64,000 bases of DNA from contig OY970210.1 of the NCBI GenBank assembly GCA_963713895.1, positions 1,544,310-1,608,309 on the forward strand, given 5' to 3'. The notes below the pieces were generated by a model that was not told the origin of the DNA, ran no database searches, and worked only from the letters and a program-made list of their open reading frames with translations. This DNA comes from an uncultured Solirubrobacterales bacterium (GTDB lineage: Bacteria > Actinomycetota > Thermoleophilia > Solirubrobacterales > Solirubrobacteraceae). Both the position numbers and the translations under genes were made by a program. Of the stretch, positions 44,679 to 54,247 are shown one piece after another; position 1 is the stretch's first letter, and each line of letters starts with the position of its first letter.

Positions 44679-46121
44679 ATGAAGCTCGAGCCGCGCCGCA
44701 AGCTGCTGTTCGCGCTCGGCGGCGCGGGCGCGGCGGCGCTGGCGGCACCTGCCGGCGCGCAGGCGCATGGGATCGTCGGACGGGCCGACCTGCCGATCCC
44801 GGTGTGGCTGTTCAGCTGGACCGCCGCGATCGTCCTGGTCGTCTCGTTCGTGGCGCTGTCGACGATGTGGACGAGGCCGCGCCTGCAGCGACAGCACCGG
44901 CGCCGGCTGATGCGTCTGCCGCGCGCGCTGGAGTGGCTGGCGAGCGCGATCGGCGTGGGACTGTTCGCGCTGGTGCTCTACAGCGGCTTCGCCGGCGCGC
45001 AGGTCACCCAGGCGAACTTCGCGGTGACGTTCATATACGTGGTCTTCTGGGTGTGCCTGCCGCTCGCGAGCGTGATCTTCGGCGACATCTTCCGTGCGTT
45101 CAGCCCGTGGCGCACGTGTGCGCGCGCGCTCACGGCGCTCGTTGGCGGCGCGCGCCGCGCGCGCTCGCGCCCGGGCCGCTACGTGCCGCCGCTGCGCTAT
45201 CCGGACTGGCTGGGGATGTGGCCCTCGGTGGCCACGATCGTCGGGTTCGCGTGGCTGGAGCTGATCTACGTCGAACGCGACAGGCCCTCCACGCTGGCGG
45301 CGCTTTCGCTCGGGTACTTCACGCTGACGGTGCTCGGCATGATGCTGTTCGGGGTCGAGGAGTGGGGCGAGGAGGCCGACGGGTTCGCCGCCTATTTCCA
45401 CCTGATGTCGATGCTCTCGCCGATTTGCCGCGACGAGCAGGGCTACGTCTGCCTGCGCAGGCCGCTGAGCGGGATCACGGGCCTGCGGATCCAGTCGGGC
45501 ACCGTTGCCTTGATCTGCACGATCATCGGCACGACCACGTTCGACGGCTTCAGCAACGGCGGGGTCTGGCGCAACGCCGAGCCGGGTCTGCAGAGCCTCC
45601 TCGCCGATCTCGGCTTCAACCCGACCCCGTCGCTCGAGCTCGCCTACACGCTGGGGCTGCTGTTCTGCCTGGCGCTGATCCCGCTGATCTATCGGCTCGG
45701 GATCGCCGGCGTGCGCAGCGTGAGTACACGCTATGACTCGCCGCAGCTGACGCGCGCGTTCGCGCACACGCTGGTACCGATCGCGTTCGCCTACATCCTG
45801 GCCCACTACTTCTCGCTCGTGATCTGGCAGGGACAGGCGGTCGGCTATCTCGCGTCGGACCCACTCGGCAACGGCGCGAACATATTCGGCACGAAGAGCT
45901 ACCAGATCGACTACAACATCATCTCGTTCGCTGCCATCTGGTACGTCCAGGTCGTGGCGCTGCTGACCGGCCACGTCAGCGGTCTGGCGCTGGCGCACGA
46001 CAAGGCGCTGGTGCTCTACAGCGACGTCGAAGAGGCCGTGCGCTCGCAGTATTGGATGCTGGCGGTGATGGTGGCGTTCACGAGCTTCGGCCTGTGGCTG
46101 CTCTCGGCCGTGGGGACCTGA
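44679..46121 (+). CDS. Polytopic membrane protein of the family usually labelled fenitrothion hydrolase-like; function unknown
   Basis: AHG..ADLPIP, FSPWR, FDGF, AHYFS, DP.G.G, GHV..AHD motifs. Confidence 0.75.
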   Translation: MKLEPRRKLLFALGGAGAAALAAPAGAQAHGIVGRADLPIPVWLFSWTAAIVLVVSFVALSTMWTRPRLQRQHRRRLMRLPRALEWLASAIGVGLFALVLYSGFAGAQVTQANFAVTFIYVVFWVCLPLASVIFGDIFRAFSPWRTCARALTALVGGARRARSRPGRYVPPLRYPDWLGMWPSVATIVGFAWLELIYVERDRPSTLAALSLGYFTLTVLGMMLFGVEEWGEEADGFAAYFHLMSMLSPICRDEQGYVCLRRPLSGITGLRIQSGTVALICTIIGTTTFDGFSNGGVWRNAEPGLQSLLADLGFNPTPSLELAYTLGLLFCLALIPLIYRLGIAGVRSVSTRYDSPQLTRAFAHTLVPIAFAYILAHYFSLVIWQGQAVGYLASDPLGNGANIFGTKSYQIDYNIISFAAIWYVQVVALLTGHVSGLALAHDKALVLYSDVEEAVRSQYWMLAVMVAFTSFGLWLLSAVGT

Positions 46122-46263
46122 GGTCGGGCGCTCGTGTGCGCTGCCGGCGGCGATCGGCGGTGCGGACCCGCGGCCAGGTGCTCGTGGCCTGCGAGCGCTG
46201 ATTGCCGCGCGGCGCCCAGCCGAGCGATCGGGCGGCGCCGTGAGCGGAGCGCGTTAGTACGGT

Positions 46264-47064
46264 GTGCGCATCTTGTTGGGTCGCATGCCGTTTGCGTTGA
46301 TCGCCTCGCTGTCGATGGCTGCGATCGCGCTCGTCGCGCAGCCCGCCGCGCCGCCGGCCGCGTCGCAGCCCGGCGCCCAGTACAGCTCCGTGCAGCCCAC
46401 GGTCACCGAGACCGGGAACCCGATCGAAGACCAGGGCAGCAACTACGACTATCGCTCGTATATCACGAGCGTCACGCCCGACGTGCCCGGTCTGAGCCTG
46501 CAGGTGCTGGAGTTCGCGGATCGCTTGCTGCTGACCAACCACACGGGCAAGACGGTCACGATCTACGGCTATGCGGGCGAGCCTTACGCGCGCGTGCTCG
46601 CGAACGGCGCCGCCGAGCAGAACCAGCGCTCGCCGGCCACCTATCTGAACACCAACTTCTATGGCCAGGTCAGCGTGCCGCCCTACGCCGACGCGAGCGT
46701 CGCACCGCACTGGCAGGTGATCGATCGCACCGGCCAGTTCGAATGGCACGACCATCGCATCCACTGGATGTCGCCGGTCCCGCCGGCGTGGGTCAAGAGC
46801 TCGAGCAAGCGCACGCTGATCTTCGACTGGCACGTGCCGATCGCGGTCGGTGCCCAGCAGGGGTACATCAACGGCCAGCTGTTCTGGACGCCGGAGAGCT
46901 CGAAGGCCTCGCCCGTCGTGATCGCGGTGGGCGTGGCGATCGCGCTGCTGGGGCTCGCGTTCGTCGTGTTCGTGCGCAGGCGCCGCGGGCGCGCGGGCGC
47001 CGCCGCGGCGGGCCTGGCCGGCGGCGATGCCGGGGCAGACGGCTCGCGCGATGAGGCCTGGTAG
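46264..47064 (+). CDS. Exported, C-terminally anchored hypothetical protein
   Basis: Signal peptide, GYAGEPYAR, WHDHRIHWM, C-terminal TM followed by RRRR; start may be 46285. Confidence 0.8.
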   Translation: MRILLGRMPFALIASLSMAAIALVAQPAAPPAASQPGAQYSSVQPTVTETGNPIEDQGSNYDYRSYITSVTPDVPGLSLQVLEFADRLLLTNHTGKTVTIYGYAGEPYARVLANGAAEQNQRSPATYLNTNFYGQVSVPPYADASVAPHWQVIDRTGQFEWHDHRIHWMSPVPPAWVKSSSKRTLIFDWHVPIAVGAQQGYINGQLFWTPESSKASPVVIAVGVAIALLGLAFVVFVRRRRGRAGAAAAGLAGGDAGADGSRDEAW

Positions 47065-47082
47065 CCGTGGTAACGTACGCTG

Positions 47083-47244
47083 ATGGCGCCGCTCGCCTGC
47101 CTGATGCACTGGTACATCTCGATGATGTACGTCGTGCCGGTGCTGTGCGTCGGGGGCTGGGGCTGGTGGAGCTCCAAGCGGATGGCGCGTCGCGCGCAGG
47201 AACGCGAGGGCGGGGGCACGCCCGGCGGCCTGTCCACGCCCTGA
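47083..47244 (+). CDS. Small single-TM protein (53 aa), not in ORF track
   Basis: TAACGT six nt before ATG; MAPLACLMHWYISMMYVVPVLCVGGWGWW-SSKRMARR. Confidence 0.7.
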   Translation: MAPLACLMHWYISMMYVVPVLCVGGWGWWSSKRMARRAQEREGGGTPGGLSTP

Positions 47245-47311
47245 CCGCCTGGCCTTTCGGCGCTTCGACGGGGCCATTTGACGCGTTGATGGCGGCCTTT
47301 GCCTGAGCTGA

Positions 47312-47371
47312 GCGGGCGTCCCGGGCCCGCGTTGGGCCGTAACGCCCGCACGGCGGGCTTCGCCTTTCTTT
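47312..47371 (+). terminator. Putative intrinsic terminator
   Basis: GCGGGCGT/ACGCCCGC stem, then small GGCG/CGCC hairpin followed by TTTCTTT. Confidence 0.45.
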
Positions 47372-47399
47372 ACGAATTATTCAGCCGTTCCCGGGTAGC

Positions 47400-47831
47400 A
47401 TGAGCTTGACTGGTCCTATGCCCGCCGAAGCAACCGCCATCGCTACCGCCCCCGTCGATGCCGGGCTGACCGAGCGCATCGATGCGATCGCCTGCCTGGA
47501 CGAGCGCAACCGCAAGCGCGCCAGCGCGCCTAGGACGGCGGCGCCGGGCCGCTACCTGGAGGTGCAGGGAGCGGGCGACACGCTGCTGGTCCCGCTGGGG
47601 TCGGGCGTCACGCACATCGGCCGCGGCCTGTCGGCCGATCTGCACCTCGACGAGGGCTCGGTCTCGCGTCGCCACGCGATCCTCGTCAATCGCGCTGCCG
47701 GCGCGAAGATCCTCGACGATCGCAGCGCCAACGGGACGCTCGTCAACGGGCGTCGCGTAACCCAGGCGGAGCTGCGCAGCGGCGACGTGGTGGTGCTCGG
47801 ACGCGTGCTGCTGCGCTACCTCGAGATCTAG
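47400..47831 (+). CDS. FHA domain protein
   Basis: IGR, SVSRRHA, DDRSANGTLVNG; start uncertain. Confidence 0.92.
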   Translation: MSLTGPMPAEATAIATAPVDAGLTERIDAIACLDERNRKRASAPRTAAPGRYLEVQGAGDTLLVPLGSGVTHIGRGLSADLHLDEGSVSRRHAILVNRAAGAKILDDRSANGTLVNGRRVTQAELRSGDVVVLGRVLLRYLEI

Positions 47832-47916
47832 ACTGGGCCGGGGCCGATCGCCTGGGTGGCGCCGGTCGCGCAAGCGAGGCGCGCCGTCGGCGACGGCGTT
47901 AGAGTCCGCCAGCGGG

Positions 47917-49845
47917 TTGGGTCGAGCCTTCGCTGTAAGCATCGCCGCGCCGGCGCGGCGCGCGTTCTCACCGCGCGCGTGGATGTCGAGCGCGATCGTG
48001 GCGGGCGTCGCGCTCGGCTCGTCCGGGTGCGCACACGCGGGCCGGGACCCGGCGAGGACCGCGCCGAAGTGCGTGCCGCGCAGGCTCGGGGTCTCCCAGG
48101 CGCTCGCCGGGGGAGCAGTGACCGTCACGCCGGCTCCGGACTCGATGGACGCCTCGCACCTCACCCAGATCAGCTTCCTCGGCGTGCCGGCCGCCGAGAT
48201 CACCGATGTGAGCGTCACTGGAGCGGGCAGCGGCGCTCACGCCGGGCGCCTGGCGGCCTACTCGCAGGGAGACGGAGCAAGCTTCCTGCCTGCCAAGCCG
48301 TTTGACGAAGGTGAGGCGGTGAGCGTGCACGCGGTGCTGCGTAGGGGCACGACGGCCAGGCCGTTTTCCTGGCAGTTCACCGTCGCCGAGAGCGACTCCG
48401 TGAGTCGCTCGCTGGAGACGCCGCCACCGCCGCCGCCTCCGCCCAAGGCGAGCGAACTGCAGCACTTCGTCTCGCGCCCGGACCTGCAGCCGCCGACCGT
48501 CGCCGTGGACGCGGACAGGGATTCGCCGGAAGCGGGCGACATCTTCCTGGCGCCGTACGCCGGACCCGGCCAGTACGGGCCGATGATCCTGGATGGCCAT
48601 GGCGGCCTGGTGTGGTTCAAGCCGATCCCGAAGGGCGAGCGCGCGGCCGATCTGCGCGTGCAGCAGTACGAAGGCAAGCCGGTCCTGAGCTGGTGGCAGG
48701 ACCCGCTGGTCGCCGGCGGCCGGCGCGACGCGGGCATCGTGATTGCGAACAGCGCCTACCGGGACATCGCGATCGTGCGCGCCGGCAACGGATACCAGCC
48801 CGACCTGCATGCTTTCGAAATCACGCCGAAAGGGACGGCGCTGTTCACGGTCTACGACGCGATCCGCTGCAATCTCAGCGCCTACGGCGGCCCCGCGGAC
48901 GGCGCGATCGCGGACACGCTCTTCCAGGAGATCGACCTGCGCACGCGGCTCGTGCGCTACGAATGGCATGCGCTCGACCATGTCGCTCCGACCGACTCCT
49001 ACGAGCCGATCGGCAGCGGCGGCACGGACGTCTCCCCTTGGGACTACTTCCACATCAACGCCGTCTCTGAACACGGCGGAGACCTGCTCGTAGACTCGCG
49101 CAACACCTGGGCCGCCTACGACGTCTCGCCCAGAACCGGGCAGAACGTCTGGCGCCTGGGCGGCAAGCAGTCGAGCTTCCGGATGGGGCGTGGCGCGAGC
49201 CCCGCCTGGCAGCACGACGCCCGCGAAGAGCCGGACGGCACGATCTCGTTCTTCGACAACGGCGGCACGCCGAAGGTTCACGCGCAGTCGCGCGTGATCG
49301 TGCTGTCGCTGAACCGGCGCACGATGACGGCGACGCTGCTGTCGAGCTTCGTGCACCCAGGCCCTCTGCTGGCGGCCAGCCAGGGCGATTTTCAGCCGCT
49401 GCCCGACGGCGATTGGTTCACCGGCTGGGGCCAGGAACCGTTCTTCTCCGAATTCTCCTCGACGGGCCGGGTCCTGCTCGACGCGAACCTGCCCGCCGAC
49501 TACCAGTCCTTCACCGTGCTCAAGTACCCCTGGTCCGGCCAGCCCACCGATCCGCCGGCGTTCGTCGCGCGCGGGCGTCCAGGGGGCGGACTCGACGTGT
49601 ACGCGAGCTGGAACGGTGCCACCCAACTCGCAAGCTGGAGAGTGCTCGAGGGCGGGAGCGCGGCGCACCTCGCGGCGGTCGCGCAGGGGGGGCGCGAGGG
49701 CTTCGAGACCGAGATCGGCGCACCTGACGCCCGCGGGTACGTGGCCGTTCAGGCGCTCGGCGCCGGTGGGCAGGTGCTGGGCACATCCTCGCCGCGGGCC
49801 GTCGGGGCGAGCCTCGGCAAGCCGAGGCTTTCTCGCGGGGGCTGA
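47917..49845 (+). CDS. Exported arylsulfotransferase (ASST) family protein
   Basis: FVSRPDLQPP, DLHAF, DYFHINAV, WQHDAR, FFDNG, SQG, GWG; start uncertain. Confidence 0.88.
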   Translation: MGRAFAVSIAAPARRAFSPRAWMSSAIVAGVALGSSGCAHAGRDPARTAPKCVPRRLGVSQALAGGAVTVTPAPDSMDASHLTQISFLGVPAAEITDVSVTGAGSGAHAGRLAAYSQGDGASFLPAKPFDEGEAVSVHAVLRRGTTARPFSWQFTVAESDSVSRSLETPPPPPPPPKASELQHFVSRPDLQPPTVAVDADRDSPEAGDIFLAPYAGPGQYGPMILDGHGGLVWFKPIPKGERAADLRVQQYEGKPVLSWWQDPLVAGGRRDAGIVIANSAYRDIAIVRAGNGYQPDLHAFEITPKGTALFTVYDAIRCNLSAYGGPADGAIADTLFQEIDLRTRLVRYEWHALDHVAPTDSYEPIGSGGTDVSPWDYFHINAVSEHGGDLLVDSRNTWAAYDVSPRTGQNVWRLGGKQSSFRMGRGASPAWQHDAREEPDGTISFFDNGGTPKVHAQSRVIVLSLNRRTMTATLLSSFVHPGPLLAASQGDFQPLPDGDWFTGWGQEPFFSEFSSTGRVLLDANLPADYQSFTVLKYPWSGQPTDPPAFVARGRPGGGLDVYASWNGATQLASWRVLEGGSAAHLAAVAQGGREGFETEIGAPDARGYVAVQALGAGGQVLGTSSPRAVGASLGKPRLSRGG

Positions 49846-50191
49846 AAACACGGTCGACGCTCCGTGGGCGTCGGTCGCGGGAGGACGGGTCAACGGAGCA
49901 ACCGCCGCGTACTCGTCCGTGAGCGGCGGGTTTCAGAACTCCGCTGAGGGTGAAGCTGCGTCGGTCAGCGGTGGTGGCGAAAACAGCGCGATCGCTGCCG
50001 AATCGTCGGTGAGCGGCGGTGCTGAAAACATCGCCACGGTGGTGCACGCGACCGTAAGCGGCGGCGTGAGCAACACCGCGAGCGCGGTCGGCGCATCGGT
50101 GAGCGGAGAAAACACCGCGTCGGGAAGATTTGCCTCGGTCTCCGGCGGCAAAGGTTTGGAAGCAACAGGCGAATTCCAGGCGTTGCCGTAG
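49840..50191 (+). pseudogene. Headless C-terminal remnant of an SVSGG-x-x-N-x-A repeat protein
   Basis: About 7 units of a 14-aa repeat, no credible start, begins inside the ASST 3' end. Confidence 0.7.
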
Positions 50192-50543
50192 ACGTTCACC
50201 GACCAATCTGATGCTCGGCGGCGCGACCCGTTCCGCTGCGGGCCGGGTCGCCGAGCAGGGCAATCGAGGTGAAACAGACCGATCCCTCTGCGGCAACGAG
50301 AGCGCCGAGGTTGGCGAGCGAGACTTGATGCAGGGGCTTGTCCGGGGCAGCGCGATCGGCGGCCTGCCTCCCAGCCTTGCGCGGGCGGCGAGCACGTTCT
50401 CGTAGAAGTAGCTGGGCGCGACAGCGCCTCCCTGCGTTCCGGCGCCCCAATGACGAGGACTGGATCGCTCACGGTGTTTGGATCTTGCGCGCGCTCATCC
50501 GCCACAGCCCGGCCGCGGCGCTAGAGCGCTATCTCGCCGGTGA

Positions 50544-50616
<73 letters not shown>

Positions 50617-50879
50617 TTATGCCTGCAAATCGGCGTTTTCGGTCGCAGACTCAGGCCGCGACAGACTCTACAGTAGTCGCGCTGCGGCATCCGAAGTCGT
50701 CGGCTGGCCTGGATGTGCCACCGAGGTCCTTCAGGCCCGCTTCGATCGCCTCCGGGCGCGCGCCGATGCGATCGAGCCTCGCCGTGAGAACCCAGCCGCG
50801 CGTGAGCAGCCGTGGGGTGCTCGTGTCATAGTGTCGCGGCATCAACACGTGGCGGGGCCAACGCGAAGGGAGACCCCCC

Positions 50880-51062
50880 TTGGGCAAGAAAATCGTTCAA
50901 CTGCTGCTCTGCGTCCTGCACCCCGTCGCGGTGATACTCATCTGGTATCACCTTGCGTTCCGGCGGAACGACTGGGCCTTCACGAGAATGGCCTGGGCCG
51001 CAGTTGTGATCATCCCGCTCGTGCCGTTCATCTACGTCCTCACGGGAAACGACTTCATCTAG
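50880..51062 (+). CDS. Small 2-TM membrane protein (60 aa)
   Basis: AAGGGAG SD, TTG start, two hydrophobic helices ending VPFIYVLTG. Confidence 0.7.
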   Translation: MGKKIVQLLLCVLHPVAVILIWYHLAFRRNDWAFTRMAWAAVVIIPLVPFIYVLTGNDFI

Positions 51063-51094
51063 GTGGAGATCCCGTGTCGGCCGGTGCACCGGAC

Positions 51095-51216
51095 CTGGTC
51101 GGGATCGGCGGCCACTTCCCACTGCGTCAGCGCGCCACGCCCTGATCGCGGTCGGTGCGCTGATCCTCGGCTTGGCGGTCGTCCAACTGCTCGGCCTGCC
51201 CGGACCGCCCACCTAG
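51095..51216 (+). pseudogene. Frameshifted 3' remnant paralogous to the 51410 gene
   Basis: LVGIGGHFPLR / ALIAVGALILGLAVVQLLGLPGPPT* aligns to LVGISSHFPAR..GLIFIGVLILAFSVIQLAELPGLPS*. Confidence 0.75.
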
Positions 51217-51310
51217 AACTGAGCGGCCGCCCTCCGGGCGCGCCCCCAGCGCTGCCGGCTGTGCTTCGCAAAGCGGCAGTCACGGCGAACGCGGGATACT
51301 TGCGTGGCTG

Positions 51311-51406
51311 ATGCCCGAGGAGTCCACGACTTCCGACCTGGTTGAGCGCGTGCGCCCCGTGCATATTGAGGCCAGACGGTCGATCGGCTCGGCTGAGGGG
51401 CGATGA
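51311..51406 (+). pseudogene. Possible 5' remnant of a SnoaL/NTF2-like gene
   Basis: MPEESTTSDLVERVR resembles N-termini of such proteins in this lineage (from recall); stops after 31 aa. Confidence 0.4.
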
Positions 51407-51409
51407 CGG

Positions 51410-52111
51410 ATGCCTGAGGGCCTGTCGCCGGGGGAGGTTGGCAAAGAGATTGGCGAGCACGGCAAGCACGAGGCCGATGGCGGTGCTCAGGACCGCCATG
51501 CTCGCTTGCTGTCGATCACTGAGGCGTTGCTGTTGTCGCTGGTGGCCGTGCTCGCGGCGTATTCGGGCTATGCGGCAGCCAAGTGGAGCACTGTGTCGTC
51601 GATCTCGCTGGCGAAGGCGTCGGCGGCACGCACCAAGGCCAACCGCGCCGACCTCGAGGGTCTTCAGATCCGGACGCTCGATTCGGTTTCCTTCAACGCC
51701 TGGTTCAGCGCGTTCGTGGCGGGCAACAGCAAGGCGGAGCTGCTTGCCGAAAAGCAGTTTCGTGCCGGATACCGGCCGGCATTCCGCGCCTGGCTGGCTA
51801 CCGATCCCGCGCACAACCCCAACGCGCCGCCGGGGCCCCTCTACATGCCGCAATACGTGATTCCCCAAGAAGCCGCGTCGACGAGATATGACGCGCAGGC
51901 CGATGCCGAGTTCTCGAAGGGCGACGCCGCCGCAGCGACCGGAGACAAGTATGTACGCGACACCGTGTTCCTGGCGAGTGTTCTGTTTCTCGTGGGCATC
52001 AGTAGCCACTTCCCGGCTCGCGGGGGACGCTATGGACTGATCTTCATCGGTGTCCTGATCCTTGCCTTCTCGGTGATCCAGCTCGCGGAGCTTCCCGGAC
52101 TGCCCTCATAG
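51410..52111 (+). CDS. Membrane protein, DUF4337-like
   Basis: N-terminal TM (LLSLVAVLAAYSGY), long helical loop, two C-terminal TMs. Confidence 0.8.
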   Translation: MPEGLSPGEVGKEIGEHGKHEADGGAQDRHARLLSITEALLLSLVAVLAAYSGYAAAKWSTVSSISLAKASAARTKANRADLEGLQIRTLDSVSFNAWFSAFVAGNSKAELLAEKQFRAGYRPAFRAWLATDPAHNPNAPPGPLYMPQYVIPQEAASTRYDAQADAEFSKGDAAAATGDKYVRDTVFLASVLFLVGISSHFPARGGRYGLIFIGVLILAFSVIQLAELPGLPS

Positions 52112-52157
52112 TGGTCGGCCGAGTGCGAAACCCCCTCGAGACGGCGAGGCGCCTCGA

Positions 52158-53027
52158 ATGAAACGCCTTGCACAGCTGGGCGCGCCGGGCCTCGCGCTAC
52201 TGACGCTCGCGGGGTGCGGGGCCGCGTCGTCCGCGACGCCGCGTGGCGAGAATGCTGCGATTGCCGCGCAGGTCCCCGCCGCGATCAAAGCCAAGGGTAC
52301 TTTGACGGTCGCTACCGACCCGACCTACGCCCCGAACGAGTTCATCGAACCGGAAGATCACGCCCTGGTCGGCATGGACCCGGAACTGATGCGTGCGATG
52401 GGGGCGTTGATGGGGTTGACGGTCAAGTTCGTCGATGCGAGCTTCGACACGATCATTCGCGGCGTCGCGGCGGGTAGGTACGACGTCGGAGCCTCGTCGA
52501 TCACCGACACCAAGAAGCGCGAGGGGACGGTCACCTTTGTGGACTACTACTCAGCCGGAACGTCGTTCTATGAGAAGTCCTACGTGTATACCGATGTGAG
52601 CGCGCTCGCCGATCTCTGCGGACACACAGTAGCGGTGAATAAAGGGACGACAGAGCAGCAGGATGCGACAGCGCAGAGCGCGATATGCACCAAGTCTGGT
52701 GAGAAGCCCGTCGTTGTGCTCGCGTACGCCAGCCAGAACGACGCGACCCAGGCTGCGCTTGAAGGCCGCGCTCAGGTTGCGATGGCCGACTCGCCGGTCG
52801 CCTACTACCAGGCCGGGCAGCAGTCAGAAACGCCATTCGAAGTCGTCGGCACGTATGGCATCGCTCCATACGGGCTTGCGGTTGCGAAGAACAGTGCTAT
52901 GACAACGCCCCTGCTGTCGGCCCTAAAGACGCTCATCGCCAACGGCAGGTACCGCCAGATCCTCGAACACTGGGGTATCCAGGCGGGGGCGATCACCACC
53001 CCAAAGGTCAACGGCGCAACGAAATGA
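52158..53027 (+). CDS. Polar amino acid ABC substrate-binding lipoprotein (family 3), orphan
   Basis: LAGC lipobox, YAPNEF, GMDPEL, FDTII, SSITDT, GTTEQ, PYGLAV. Confidence 0.92.
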   Translation: MKRLAQLGAPGLALLTLAGCGAASSATPRGENAAIAAQVPAAIKAKGTLTVATDPTYAPNEFIEPEDHALVGMDPELMRAMGALMGLTVKFVDASFDTIIRGVAAGRYDVGASSITDTKKREGTVTFVDYYSAGTSFYEKSYVYTDVSALADLCGHTVAVNKGTTEQQDATAQSAICTKSGEKPVVVLAYASQNDATQAALEGRAQVAMADSPVAYYQAGQQSETPFEVVGTYGIAPYGLAVAKNSAMTTPLLSALKTLIANGRYRQILEHWGIQAGAITTPKVNGATK

Positions 53028-53072
53028 GCGAGAAGGCCATGTCGCGTGCCCGCCAACGACGGGCATGGCCAA

Positions 53073-54176
53073 CTAATAGGCGCGTGCGAAGGCTTTACGC
53101 CGGTGCGTGCGCGGGTTGGTGCGCTCGACCCGGAATCCGAGCTTGCAGCTGCCGGTGTATAGGTCGACGTCACCCACCTCGGCTGAACCCGCGAACCTAT
53201 CGCCGGCGTGGCGCCACGTCACGGCACATCGGTAACGGCCGACGCCCGTCCGCCTGCATCGCTTCGCCGAATATCGCGCGAGCGTGCGGCCGAAGCGCCG
53301 CGAGAGGGCGACCTTGGTCCAGAGCGGCGCCGTCGAGAGTGTCAGTGACGGATACCTCGGTTTGGGGTCCGTCGTAGGCGCCGTCGGGCGCGGTAGCGAT
53401 TTGACGGGCGGCTGCGACGGCCGTGGGCCTGCCGGTGCTTCGGATTTCGTGTTGGGGCGCGCAGGCGGTCCGCACCTCGATTCCGGAGGTCCGGTCGCGG
53501 CCATGATCTGGCCTACGACGGCGACCGAGACGGTCGCACCGGCGCCCCACACGCTCGCCTCGTATGGGCTCGTGAGCGCCAGGTCGGCAAAGAACGTACC
53601 AGGGCCGTCAACCTGGTCGGCGACCCGCAGATACTGGCCCGTGAACATCGGGTCGATCACCGCCGCTTCGTCGGGGCATCCCCGGTATGAAGGGTCGCTC
53701 AGCGCCGTGCAGTCCGTCCCTTCCGCGGTCTTGCAGGCAGCGATCTGAGTCTGTTGGAAGTCTCGTTCCCAGCCGCCGTCCCAGGTCCCCTGTACCGGCG
53801 TGACGAGCGCATTTGCTCGGATCGCCCCATTGATGGCGGGCGGCGTCGCAAGTGAGACGTTCCCGTACCAAGTAGGACTGGTGGCTTCGTACTGGGTGAG
53901 CGCTTCGGTTGCGATGAACACGCTGTTCGCCGGTGCGCTCCCGGTATTGACCGAATCGCCCTCACCAAATGACTGGCAATTCAGGCCGCCTGCCACGCAC
54001 ACCTGCCACAGGACTGGGCCTTCATGACCGGAGTGTGCGTCGGCGTATATCTCACCGCTGCCATCCGCGTTCAACACTGCTTGGATGGAGCCGTTTCTAG
54101 GCGCAGAGGCGCTGCCGATAGCGGGAGCCGCCCAGAGCAGCAGGCAGGCGATAGCCGTGCAGCCGACGAGGCGCAT
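53073..54176 (-). CDS. Secreted Cys-containing hypothetical protein (Ig-like segment, Pro-rich linker)
   Basis: Signal peptide MRLVGCTAIACLLLWAAPA; PAING..GTW motif; less GC3-biased codons than core genes. Confidence 0.7.
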   Translation of the reverse strand: MRLVGCTAIACLLLWAAPAIGSASAPRNGSIQAVLNADGSGEIYADAHSGHEGPVLWQVCVAGGLNCQSFGEGDSVNTGSAPANSVFIATEALTQYEATSPTWYGNVSLATPPAINGAIRANALVTPVQGTWDGGWERDFQQTQIAACKTAEGTDCTALSDPSYRGCPDEAAVIDPMFTGQYLRVADQVDGPGTFFADLALTSPYEASVWGAGATVSVAVVGQIMAATGPPESRCGPPARPNTKSEAPAGPRPSQPPVKSLPRPTAPTTDPKPRYPSLTLSTAPLWTKVALSRRFGRTLARYSAKRCRRTGVGRYRCAVTWRHAGDRFAGSAEVGDVDLYTGSCKLGFRVERTNPRTHRRKAFARAY

Positions 54177-54247
54177 TCCAATCGAGTATTGCAGGCCGCA
54201 GGCGAGGCTCGATCCAGGCCGGCGCCGGCCGTCGCTACCGTGCACGC

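Noticed and set aside
44679-46121. Literal organophosphate (fenitrothion) hydrolase activity
   Set aside because: Sequence is almost entirely TM helices with no hydrolase motif; the name is an inherited family label
50665-50681. GACT..AGTC box as a second XRE operator
   Set aside because: Spacing differs from the 15141 box, and a short palindrome like this is expected by chance
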